From positions 1 through 25,360 of IMG/VR virus record IMGVR_UViG_2778261536_000005: a stretch of DNA of 25,360 nucleotides. One strand, 5' to 3'. Made by a program: the position numbers and the translations under genes. Each line of letters opens with the position of its first letter. Position 1 is the first letter of the stretch. Under the pieces are notes generated by a model. The model saw only the letters and a program-made list of their open reading frames with translations, searched no databases and was not told the DNA's origin. The DNA is from a virus. Taxonomy: Duplodnaviria; Heunggongvirae; Uroviricota; Caudoviricetes. Shown here piece by piece: positions 1 through 8,149 of the stretch.

Positions 1-612
1 CTACGCCTCCGGCAGTTCAGGCCAGATGACATCCGGCGCGGTGCTGGTATCTGTTGCCGTCACCGCGTCAATGTAATCCAGCACAGCGTTAAGGCGGGTT
101 GTTTCTGCCTGCGTCAGTTTACGTCCGGCCTGCAATTTCAGCTGAATCAGACTGATGGAGGCCATTGCAGTATCAATCAGCGACTGGCGCTGTGCTTCTG
201 CTGCATCTACTGCTGCGCCGTGCTGTGCCTCGGTATCCGTCACCCATTTCTCACCATCCCATTTATCGTATGGGGTTAACGGGGCGATAGTGGTTGTATT
301 ATCAGGGTAATCACCCGGAGCTGTGATTTCTTTTGATTCCCCTGTTTCGGTGCTAAAAACGATTTCACCGCGATGGTCTGGCACATATTCCCATGAGTTA
401 AAATCTGCAGAACGGCAGATTGCATAACCAGCTTTATGTGTAACTGGTGCATCTAAACAAGAACATGCCGGGATACCGACACCAACGGCAAGATATTCAG
501 TTGATGTGGAAATATATTCCCGCGTTTCACCGCTGTAGTTGTAAACGGTGATGAAGCCAGCTTCTGTTGCAAATCCGTTTTCATCCAAAGTGATTTTTTT
601 TGTGGTCATCAT
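1..612 (-). CDS. tfa: tail fibre assembly protein (Tfa-like chaperone)
   Basis: 203 aa ORF; C-terminal ...KWDGEKWV...TSTAPDVIWPELP resembles lambda Tfa as recalled; ATGA overlap with the upstream fibre gene. Confidence 0.8.
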   Translation of the reverse strand: MMTTKKITLDENGFATEAGFITVYNYSGETREYISTSTEYLAVGVGIPACSCLDAPVTHKAGYAICRSADFNSWEYVPDHRGEIVFSTETGESKEITAPGDYPDNTTTIAPLTPYDKWDGEKWVTDTEAQHGAAVDAAEAQRQSLIDTAMASISLIQLKLQAGRKLTQAETTRLNAVLDYIDAVTATDTSTAPDVIWPELPEA

Positions 613-1562
613 GATGCCCTTACAATGTAGTTAAATGCAATGTTACGTGGTCGGTTTTCTTCCGCAGTTGGTACAACTCTGGCGGCGGAAAAACCTACGT
701 CATACCTACTACCGGGCGATGAGGTTGTTTGACCAGCGCCGCCTTCGTATACAGCATAAAATGCCCCTGTTACCCACTCGTCTGCTGTCATCTGGCTTCC
801 CGCAGTGGTCATAAGTCCCAAGAGCTTCCCTGATATGTCCCTTATAGCATCACCTTGTGCGGACAGCAGCGCTCGCCCTGAATCGACCCCACGCCCGTCA
901 TCCCAGCCACGAATAAACTCACCACGTAAATCTGGCAATTTATTTGTTGGATAAGCCTTTGCCAGTTCCGGGTATTCTTCAGCAGAAAAAACCGCACCGT
1001 TGCATTTCAGCCAGCCTGTTGGCGGAGTGGCGGAAGGCCACGGAACAGGGACACCAACAGGTAATGCAGAGCCTTCTCCCAAACCAAGGTTTGTGCGAGC
1101 GTCTGCGGCATTCGTTGCGCCGGTTCCGCCGTCTGCGACAGTAACCGCACCGTTGCTCCCTTTCTGCGCAAGTTTACCGATGCCTGGGATGGTTACGGCG
1201 GTGCCGTTGATGGTAACTGTGATGCTTTGGTTTGCTGAGGTTGTGGCGAACGTCTCCCACGCACCAATATTCTCGTCATACTCCTTGATAAGCTGCGACA
1301 TGGCCAGCGCCAGCCCATCAACCGAGATATTGTCTGATACCAGAATTCCATACTTCTGGCCGCTCAGCGCAGGGGAAGCAGCTGGAGTAACCGTCATTGA
1401 CGTGGCGCTGTTCACGGATGAAATCTGAAACAGCTGCACCGGGTTAGACATCACGATAATCGTCTGGCCAGCGCGAACCTGGCTGGCGGGTGCCGTCCAG
1501 TTCGTGCCCGTGCCGGTGGCGCTGTTTCCGTTAATGGCGATGGTTCCAGTGTTATAAAGCAT
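609..1562 (-). CDS. tail fibre protein with C-terminal phage tail-collar-like domain
   Basis: Gly/Thr-rich N-terminal repeats and a C-terminal PWP...GWLxCNG...LPDLRG motif. Track ORF starts at 1607, but that extension contains a hairpin plus T-run; the ATG near 1562 has a GGAGA RBS and is preferred. Confidence 0.7.
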   Translation of the reverse strand: MLYNTGTIAINGNSATGTGTNWTAPASQVRAGQTIIVMSNPVQLFQISSVNSATSMTVTPAASPALSGQKYGILVSDNISVDGLALAMSQLIKEYDENIGAWETFATTSANQSITVTINGTAVTIPGIGKLAQKGSNGAVTVADGGTGATNAADARTNLGLGEGSALPVGVPVPWPSATPPTGWLKCNGAVFSAEEYPELAKAYPTNKLPDLRGEFIRGWDDGRGVDSGRALLSAQGDAIRDISGKLLGLMTTAGSQMTADEWVTGAFYAVYEGGAGQTTSSPGSRYDVGFSAARVVPTAEENRPRNIAFNYIVRAS

Positions 1563-1577
1563 ATTTTCTCCAGGCAA

Positions 1578-1606
1578 TAAAAAACCCCGCCGAGGCGAGG
1601 TTTGCA
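1578..1606 (-). terminator. intrinsic terminator-like hairpin between lipoprotein gene and tail fibre gene
   Basis: Minus strand reads CCTCGC-CTCG-GCGGGG followed by TTTTTT, then an RBS and ATG. Coordinates approximate. Confidence 0.5.
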
Positions 1607-1620
1607 TTGAAAATCATGAG

Positions 1621-1854
1621 TTATTTACATGTCGTGCTTGTGAATGTGTTCGCACTTACCCAGCGCCAGTTAAAGGGATATCCGGCCCGGTATTGCGTCT
1701 GGTTGTTTTGCTTTCGAACGGCGTAAATCATAACGGTATTCTCATGGCCACCCATATATGCCGTGCCGCTGCAAATCGGTTTCTGTTTCTCAAGTACACC
1801 AGCGCAACCAGACAGCATTAAAGCGCCCGCTATGCAGATAATTAGCCTTTTCAT
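1621..1854 (-). CDS. small lipoprotein (signal peptide plus lipobox LSGC); possible Cor-like superinfection exclusion protein
   Basis: 77 aa; N-terminal MKRLIICIAGALMLSGC is a typical lipoprotein signal; AT-rich upstream region. Cor-like role is inferred only from position in the fibre region. Confidence 0.7.
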   Translation of the reverse strand: MKRLIICIAGALMLSGCAGVLEKQKPICSGTAYMGGHENTVMIYAVRKQNNQTQYRAGYPFNWRWVSANTFTSTTCK

Positions 1855-1961
1855 TTTGATAGTATCCAGAGGTATTCAGTAGCTTCGAAGATACCAATAC
1901 ATAATCGATGGATATAATTGATTAGATAGATAAATTATTTGTTATTGATCGCTCAAAACAA

Positions 1962-2600
1962 TCAATCATAGGCGTCTGTTTTAATTGCTGTCAGGATAAT
2001 TCCATTATTTATCACCCCTCCAGCACCGCCAGGTGTATTTGCGGCTGTACCGGCGTTTATTCTTGTACTTGTGCCTGAATACCTACAAGATGAGTAAGCG
2101 TCGTTTCTGTTCACTTGCCCCAGCCTTGATGGAGCCACTGCCCATGAACCATCAAGCGTCTGGTCAATGTTAATCCCGCCGTTTGCTCCAGGCGTTCCGA
2201 TTGTCTGCAAGTCTGACAGCACGCGGGACTCATTAGTGAGTACCAGCTTCCCGCTCGAATCCCAGATGGCCATCCCCCATTTCGGTAACGTCTGGGGAAA
2301 TATGGCAAAAATATATGCGGTTAACGTGAAGCTCTGGTTATAGGGATTAACCCCCGCGACATATATATTTCCGCCGTTCCGGTAAGATATTACTGGCGTG
2401 GGCTGGGCGGTATTTGTGGTCCTGATAAATACCATCACAGGGTAGTCAGCATTTAATGCAATATTCTGAGCAACCTGCTGCGAACTGCCATTAGCAGAGG
2501 AGTTGAAAGTGTACTTGCCGTAAAGACAAAAAGGCGTTGACTGGGGCGTTACAAATGGGTTCCCGTTGTCCATTAATATCATCGCGCCAAATTCGGCCAT
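1962..2600 (-). CDS. hypothetical protein, tandem of two domains related to the adjacent 100 aa ORF
   Basis: 212 aa ORF; TAATG coupling with the upstream ORF; motif WDxSGK occurs internally and at the N-terminus of its neighbour. Confidence 0.6.
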   Translation of the reverse strand: MAEFGAMILMDNGNPFVTPQSTPFCLYGKYTFNSSANGSSQQVAQNIALNADYPVMVFIRTTNTAQPTPVISYRNGGNIYVAGVNPYNQSFTLTAYIFAIFPQTLPKWGMAIWDSSGKLVLTNESRVLSDLQTIGTPGANGGINIDQTLDGSWAVAPSRLGQVNRNDAYSSCRYSGTSTRINAGTAANTPGGAGGVINNGIILTAIKTDAYD

Positions 2601-2902
2601 TATGCTTTCTCCATGAAAACGACCACTTCACACTTTGAGGCCGGATAATTACCCAGACCTACAGAAGATGCAGCGCTTACGGTTATTGTGCTCCCTGACG
2701 CGACAATGCGCCGCCCTACGCTGTTACCTCCTTCATCAAGTGAAAGAACAAAACCAACTTTCATTCCTGAGGGCACCGTAAAAGACCAGCTGCCGGAGGT
2801 TTGCCCGGCAGCCAGCTGTATTCGCCCAACGACGGAAACGGGTTTGATGCCATAGTTGTTGGGTTTTCCTGAAGCATCCCAGGTCTGTATTCCATAAGCC
2901 AT
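2600..2902 (-). CDS. hypothetical protein, paralogous to the 212 aa neighbour
   Basis: 100 aa ORF starting directly after the J stop with a GGGAG RBS; N-terminus MAYGIQTWDASGKP resembles motifs in the next ORF. Confidence 0.6.
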   Translation of the reverse strand: MAYGIQTWDASGKPNNYGIKPVSVVGRIQLAAGQTSGSWSFTVPSGMKVGFVLSLDEGGNSVGRRIVASGSTITVSAASSVGLGNYPASKCEVVVFMEKA

Positions 2903-2903
2903 T

Positions 2904-5900
2904 TCAGAATACTCCCGTTAATCGGCCAACCTGCACCCTAAGAACATTACTGCCATCTTTGACGCTGATCGTCTGATTTGTCAGTTTCATGGCTCCCTCA
3001 CCAGCAGTCGAACCGTAGTTCTCAAACGTCCCCCCTTTATCAAGCTTCCAGCCAGCAGAACCAGCAACATAATTGTTCGACTGGATAAAATTACCAATCT
3101 TTGCGTTGCTGATAGTGCCGTCCTGGATGAAACTGGCCCGGATGAATGTCTGTCCATTCTGGATCACAAACGGCAAAGCCACGCTATTTCCGGCTGCCGT
3201 GGTGACGGCGAAGCGATCAGCCAGGAAGATAACCTGCGACTGCATGCCGGATGGCGTATTCTCCACGCCGATACCCATCCCCGCGGCGTAATACTGACCG
3301 TTGCTGGAAACGCCAACCTTGATGTTGTACATCGCGCTGAGGTCGCCATTAACGTTGGCTATCGCCTGAGCGTTAGTGGTGATGGCGGAGGTATGCCCGT
3401 TCACCGTCGCCGTTATGCCGTTTATCTGCGTGGCCGTAGCCTGCTGATAGTCGGAGAACGTCTGATTCAGGCTATTGATGGATGCCTTGTTGCCGTTGAC
3501 GTCCGTCTGCAGGCTAAGCAGCGAGCGCGCCGTTGCCTCCCTGTCGTTGACAATCACCTCATCAATACGGTCCAGATTCGCGCTGTTGCCGGCGACCGAT
3601 GCAGACAGGGTTTTACGCGCAGCCACCTGCGCCAGCCCGTTCTGGATAATGGCAATGGCTGAGTTCTTGACCCCACCCGTCATGCCGTCCATAGACACAC
3701 TGATGCTGTCGATTCGCTGGCCCAGCGCGGTATCAGCCGTCGCAACGGTCTGCTCAAGCTGACTGAGTGAAGACGAAACATTCCCGACCGTGCTGGAAAG
3801 CTCATTAACGCTGGTCTGAACCTTCCCGACGTCCTGGGCGTTTTTGGCGATATCCTTCGCATGCTGCTCAAGTTCATCATTGGCCTGTTTGATGTCGTCA
3901 GCCATGCCAGCAATTTTTTCATTGCTGTCCACAGCGTTCTCGATCAGGTCTTTGAACGTCTCAGACCCTTTGATGTCTTCAAGGATCACATCTGTGATGT
4001 CAGAAACATCGATACTGGCCTGCCCACGAACCCAGCCGGTATAACCTGACTCGTTACCGCTGCGGTCAACCAGCTGCGCGCGGTACCAGAAAATCTGCCC
4101 AGCCTTAAGGCCCATCTGCTGATATTTGCGCTGCGGGTAAGGCACATCGGCCAGCAGCATGGCATCGTCTTCAGTACCGGTCAGGCTGTACTGAATTTCC
4201 GTCTTCAGCGTGTCGTCGGTATTCGCCGGGAATCCCCAGTTCAGCTCGATACCGAACACCACGTTTTCAGAGGCGATAAAGCCAACAGGCTTCGGTGGAT
4301 TGCCCACTTTACCCGTCAGCGTTTTCTCTTCTGAATAGCCCCATCCGGATGAAATTTCTGCGGCATTGATTGCGCGCACCCGCACCAGGTAGCGCCCGGC
4401 ATAAATCCCCGGGACGTCGAATGACGTGGTGGAGGTGCGCGGCACGTTAACCCAGTTCCCGTCGTTGCGGCGCCATTGCGCTTCATAGGCGATAGCGTTC
4501 TGCGCCTGGTCCCAGCTCACGCGCATTGTTTCGACGCTGATATTTTGCTGAACCACGGAAAACGAGCTGATCACGATGTTCGCAGGCGGCGACTGGTTAC
4601 CAGGCGGGATCACGCTCACCGGCCGCTGGTCAATGATGGCTCCGGTATCGATGCGGGCATATTTATCCGGGTCGTGCCATGCGCCGGTGATTGAGAAAGT
4701 GCCATCACCGTTGTCGGAGACGCTGACAACACGATACTGCTGCGCGTAAAGCTCGTCAGATTCAACCACCCAAACAGCTTCGGCCTGTGGCGTCTCACTG
4801 TATGCCGTGGTGACTGTGACTGATTCCCCGTTCACGGCCTGAATGGTCCTGCTCTGCGACGCTCCGGAAGGTAGGTTGAGAATAAGGCGATCACCTGGTG
4901 CTGCATCAGCTACGCGGTCAAGTTTGATAACGCGACCGTTAACGGCGCTGATGCGGCCGCCCATAACCTTTCCGGAAAGCAGCTCGTCTGCCACGGCGAT
5001 GATGTAGCCCGGCTGCGGAATGTTTCCGTCCAGCCCGACATCAAACGAAACAACGCGATCCTTGTTATTGGTGAGAATACCCCAGCGCCCCTTTCGGTTC
5101 GCCTCTGACTGCCTGGTGCAGCCGATGGCTGTCATTTCCAGCTGATTGAAGCCGTACCGCGCCACCAGCGCCTGCTCAAATACCGGCTCCATCGCGTCGG
5201 CATAAGCGTTACCCGGGTCTGACCATGAAACCAGCGCTGTGGTGTAGCGGCTTTTCGTGGTGCTGCTCGAATAGGTGAAGCGACCGCCAACAACGTTAGC
5301 GCGCGTATAGCTGTAATCAACATCGCGCGGCATGTCAGCCAGGGCCACAATCTGATCCCCGCCCCAGTAGGTCATGCCACGGAAGATAGCGGCAAAATCA
5401 CGCAGGACTGTGTAGGCGTCGTTCCGGTCCTGAATGTACACGTTGCAGGTATAACGTGGTTCTGTACCGTTGCCCCCTTTGCCGTCTGGTACCATCTGAT
5501 CACAATACTGAGCAACCTGATAAAGCGTCCATTTATCAATATTCGCAGCGGTCAAACGGTGCCCAAGGCCGAACCGGTCAGAAACAACCAGGTCGTAAAA
5601 AATCCACGCAGGGTTATCCGTCCATGCCCACTTAAACGCACCGGTCCATGTACCGCTATAAGTGCGGGTTTCAGGGTCGTAGGTATCTGGAACGCGGATA
5701 ACGCGGCCGCGCGGTTCGCATGAAATTTGAGGAATAGAGCCGTTGAACTGGCTTGAGTCGAATTCGACGTAGAGCAGCGCGGTGTTCGGGTAGCGCAGTT
5801 TGGCGTCAATCACCTCGGTGAAGCTCTGCAGCATCATCGTGTCGCCGATCTTCGCGCTGTTGGCGTCAGAGGTAATCTTACGCAGACGTATTGTCCAGGT

Positions 5901-6455
5901 GCTGCCAGCCTGCGGTAAATCGATACGGTGGCTGCGCTCATAACCAGACGTCGTTTTTCCGGTCACGCTGGTATTGAGTACCGTCTGCCATGCGCCGCCG
6001 TCCGTCTGCAGGTCAATTGCATAATTGACCGAGTAACCCACCAGATCGCCGTCGTCCTCCTGTTTGAAAAGCGAGGGCCATTTAAGACGCAGGCGAACTG
6101 CTGAAAGCTGCGTATTGGTAAACGTGCGCGTCCAGGCTGTGGCACTTGATACCTCAGTTCCTACGCTGATCTCGTTTTCGGTACCGGGAATACCCTGAAT
6201 ATATTTTTGCGCCTGAGTTCCCGCGCGAAACTCCCACGTTACCCCGCTGAAGTTTTGGGAGCCGTCAGCATTCTCCAGCGCTGTTCCGTCCAGGTAGATA
6301 TCTTTGCCGGTGAGCTGCCCTGCAAACTCACCTTCCCCAAGCGCAACGAGGATTTTTGCCTTCGCTACAGATTGCAGATCATCAGGCTGTTCGGTAGGAG
6401 TTCGGGAACTTGAGCTGCCGCCCTTGCGGCCTTTTAACACTTTATCTGTAGCCAT
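2904..6455 (-). CDS. J: tail tip / host specificity protein J (central tail fibre)
   Basis: 1183 aa; N-terminal two thirds align with lambda J as recalled (PNTAL...YSGTWTGAFK...KWTLY...YCDQMVPDG); C-terminal third is a divergent Ala/Ser/Asn-rich helical region. Confidence 0.95.
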   Translation of the reverse strand: MATDKVLKGRKGGSSSSRTPTEQPDDLQSVAKAKILVALGEGEFAGQLTGKDIYLDGTALENADGSQNFSGVTWEFRAGTQAQKYIQGIPGTENEISVGTEVSSATAWTRTFTNTQLSAVRLRLKWPSLFKQEDDGDLVGYSVNYAIDLQTDGGAWQTVLNTSVTGKTTSGYERSHRIDLPQAGSTWTIRLRKITSDANSAKIGDTMMLQSFTEVIDAKLRYPNTALLYVEFDSSQFNGSIPQISCEPRGRVIRVPDTYDPETRTYSGTWTGAFKWAWTDNPAWIFYDLVVSDRFGLGHRLTAANIDKWTLYQVAQYCDQMVPDGKGGNGTEPRYTCNVYIQDRNDAYTVLRDFAAIFRGMTYWGGDQIVALADMPRDVDYSYTRANVVGGRFTYSSSTTKSRYTTALVSWSDPGNAYADAMEPVFEQALVARYGFNQLEMTAIGCTRQSEANRKGRWGILTNNKDRVVSFDVGLDGNIPQPGYIIAVADELLSGKVMGGRISAVNGRVIKLDRVADAAPGDRLILNLPSGASQSRTIQAVNGESVTVTTAYSETPQAEAVWVVESDELYAQQYRVVSVSDNGDGTFSITGAWHDPDKYARIDTGAIIDQRPVSVIPPGNQSPPANIVISSFSVVQQNISVETMRVSWDQAQNAIAYEAQWRRNDGNWVNVPRTSTTSFDVPGIYAGRYLVRVRAINAAEISSGWGYSEEKTLTGKVGNPPKPVGFIASENVVFGIELNWGFPANTDDTLKTEIQYSLTGTEDDAMLLADVPYPQRKYQQMGLKAGQIFWYRAQLVDRSGNESGYTGWVRGQASIDVSDITDVILEDIKGSETFKDLIENAVDSNEKIAGMADDIKQANDELEQHAKDIAKNAQDVGKVQTSVNELSSTVGNVSSSLSQLEQTVATADTALGQRIDSISVSMDGMTGGVKNSAIAIIQNGLAQVAARKTLSASVAGNSANLDRIDEVIVNDREATARSLLSLQTDVNGNKASINSLNQTFSDYQQATATQINGITATVNGHTSAITTNAQAIANVNGDLSAMYNIKVGVSSNGQYYAAGMGIGVENTPSGMQSQVIFLADRFAVTTAAGNSVALPFVIQNGQTFIRASFIQDGTISNAKIGNFIQSNNYVAGSAGWKLDKGGTFENYGSTAGEGAMKLTNQTISVKDGSNVLRVQVGRLTGVF

Positions 6456-6461
6456 ATTGCG

Positions 6462-6492
6462 CCCATAAAAAAGCCACCCGAAGGTGGCCAGA
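6462..6492 (-). terminator. terminator-like hairpin between I and J
   Basis: Plus strand CATAAAAAAGCCACC-CGAA-GGTGGC; on the minus strand the stem is followed by TTTTTTAT and then the J start. Coordinates approximate. Confidence 0.5.
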
Positions 6493-6507
6493 AAAAAGGT
6501 TAGTTAT

Positions 6508-7116
6508 CTACTGCTGATCTTCGACATAAATTCCGGCAGAAATAATCGCTCCGCCGATTCGACGCTTACCATAAAGCAGAGGCACCGGGTAGCCTTGCGC
6601 TGCAGTGTTGGTTACCCCGCCAAACGCATACGATGCACGGTTATCTGCGCTTTGTTTACTGGCTATGCCTGATGGCTGCGGTGAAAGCAGCTGAATAACC
6701 CCACCGAGGACCAACGAGGCACCAGTGGCAGCAGCAAACCCCGTCAATCCACCAGCAGCGAAAGCAGCGCCAATACCGCCGGGGCCAGTCAACACAGCAG
6801 CAGTAATAAGCACGGCCCCCAAGATCGTCTGCAAAAGACCAGCCTTTTTACTCCCTATTACTACAGGGACAATCCGGATCACTTCGCCGGTGACGGGAAA
6901 GCCGAGATCATCAACGCCAATATTCTTTTTATCTCTATAAACGGCATACGTCAGCCCTCGGGCTTTGCTTGTGTTTAAGAATTTCTCGAATCCATTGATG
7001 GTTTTCGCGAGTGCATTAATGGCTTCAGCAGTAGTGCGAACCAGACGGTGATGAACCCTTCCATATGTCTTAGCTAGCACGCCACTTAGCTCAATTCTTG
7101 TCATTACCTCTTGCAT
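6508..7116 (-). CDS. I: tail assembly protein I
   Basis: 202 aa ORF between K and J as in lambda; hydrophobic Gly/Ala-rich central segment. Confidence 0.75.
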   Translation of the reverse strand: MQEVMTRIELSGVLAKTYGRVHHRLVRTTAEAINALAKTINGFEKFLNTSKARGLTYAVYRDKKNIGVDDLGFPVTGEVIRIVPVVIGSKKAGLLQTILGAVLITAAVLTGPGGIGAAFAAGGLTGFAAATGASLVLGGVIQLLSPQPSGIASKQSADNRASYAFGGVTNTAAQGYPVPLLYGKRRIGGAIISAGIYVEDQQ

Positions 7117-7123
7117 GCTGCCC

Positions 7124-7152
7124 CCATAAAAAAACCACCCGTAGGTGGTTTG
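7124..7152 (-). terminator. terminator-like hairpin downstream of the small membrane protein gene, upstream of I
   Basis: Plus strand CATAAAAAAACCACC-CGTA-GGTGGTT, a near copy of the hairpin at 6462-6492 with a compensatory outer base pair; minus strand has a T-run after the stem. Confidence 0.55.
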
Positions 7153-7165
7153 TTAATTTACGCTC

Positions 7166-7390
7166 TCAAAGCCCAGCTTTTTTCCTTGCTTCTTCAAGGT
7201 AGTTTTCTTTCGACTGGTCTTTGTTATTTGCCTCGAAGTTTGGATCTACTATTTTTGATAATTTCTGGTCGATAGACTCAAGTAATTCAACCTGCCTGTT
7301 CGCTCTGACGCTGGCGCGGTTGATGAAAAACCAGAGAATTAACCCAATAAAAATACCGACGAAGATCCAACCAAACCCAACTGTATACAT
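7166..7390 (-). CDS. small single-pass membrane protein, moron between K and I
   Basis: 74 aa; N-terminal hydrophobic helix (VGFGWIFVGIFIGLILWFFI) then a charged C-terminal tail; strong AAGGAG RBS; AT-rich codon usage unlike neighbours; own downstream hairpin. Confidence 0.7.
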   Translation of the reverse strand: MYTVGFGWIFVGIFIGLILWFFINRASVRANRQVELLESIDQKLSKIVDPNFEANNKDQSKENYLEEARKKAGL

Positions 7391-7394
7391 ATCG

Positions 7395-7440
7395 TTCTCC
7401 TTGCCGTGTACTACACGATAGTATCAGTGACAGTTTGTTA
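7395..7440 (-). promoter_or_regulatory. candidate promoter/operator upstream of the membrane protein gene
   Basis: Perfect palindrome CGTGTA-C-TACACG just upstream of the RBS and a -10-like TACTAT on the minus strand; the -35 is weak. Confidence 0.3.
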
Positions 7441-8148
7441 AATAAAATTCTGATGTCTAAGAATCTTCATCGTCCTTTCCTGCCAGTAGCCACCATACGG
7501 CACGCGCTGGCTCAGATGTCCGTACAGGTGGTGCAGCAGCATATTGCCCTCCAGCAGAATTCCAGCGTGGTTCCACTTATCAGCCTGGACCTGCATGATC
7601 ACCATATCGCCGGGTTTCGGTGGTCCGTCGAATTCACGGAATCCGCACTCATACCAGCAATCCTGATAGAAGTTGTCCGGATAGTCGTTTTCCCACCAGG
7701 GATAATCAACCCGGTAATCGTGGAGCTCGATACCGTGGGTCTGCCGGAAATAGCTCATTACCAGCCCCCAGCAGTCGAAGTGTCCAAGCACAAACGGACG
7801 CTCCAGCAGTGGCAACTCACCACGCGGCTGAATGGTACGTAAATCCCCCTCGGGCCAGCTCACGATATGCCAGGGTAAAAGCGTTGCGTCGCATTGCGCT
7901 TTATCCAGTTCGCTCGGCTGCGTAGTGGCGTCAGGGTGACTGTGAACGATGGCTATCACCGTACCCCAGTCCTCAGCAGCTGCATAGTCTTCTGGAGACA
8001 GGTGAAAATGTTCTGTCGGCTCGGTAGCGAGGTTACTACATGGAAAATATTTCTCTACCCGGCTCTTTTGCGCCACCACGCCGCAACACTCACGAGGATA
8101 TTCAGCTGCAGCATGCGCCATAATCGCATCGATGGTTTTCTGACGCAT
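7438..8148 (-). CDS. K: tail assembly protein K (JAB/MPN plus NlpC/P60-like domains)
   Basis: 236 aa; HSHPD metal-binding motif and Cys/His residues typical of lambda K family; position between L and I. Confidence 0.9.
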   Translation of the reverse strand: MRQKTIDAIMAHAAAEYPRECCGVVAQKSRVEKYFPCSNLATEPTEHFHLSPEDYAAAEDWGTVIAIVHSHPDATTQPSELDKAQCDATLLPWHIVSWPEGDLRTIQPRGELPLLERPFVLGHFDCWGLVMSYFRQTHGIELHDYRVDYPWWENDYPDNFYQDCWYECGFREFDGPPKPGDMVIMQVQADKWNHAGILLEGNMLLHHLYGHLSQRVPYGGYWQERTMKILRHQNFI

Positions 8149-8149
8149 A

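Noticed and set aside
1563-1607. N-terminal 15 codon extension of the tail fibre ORF given by the track
   Set aside because: The extension contains the hairpin plus T-run of the upstream terminator and has no RBS; the downstream ATG with a GGAGA RBS is the more plausible start.
7395-7440. Possible LexA (SOS) box upstream of the membrane protein gene
   Set aside because: The palindrome CGTGTA-C-TACACG does not fit the CTGT-N8-ACAG LexA consensus; kept only as a generic candidate operator.
7435-7842. 135 aa plus-strand ORF
   Set aside because: Antisense to tail assembly gene K, which has clear family motifs; no independent support.
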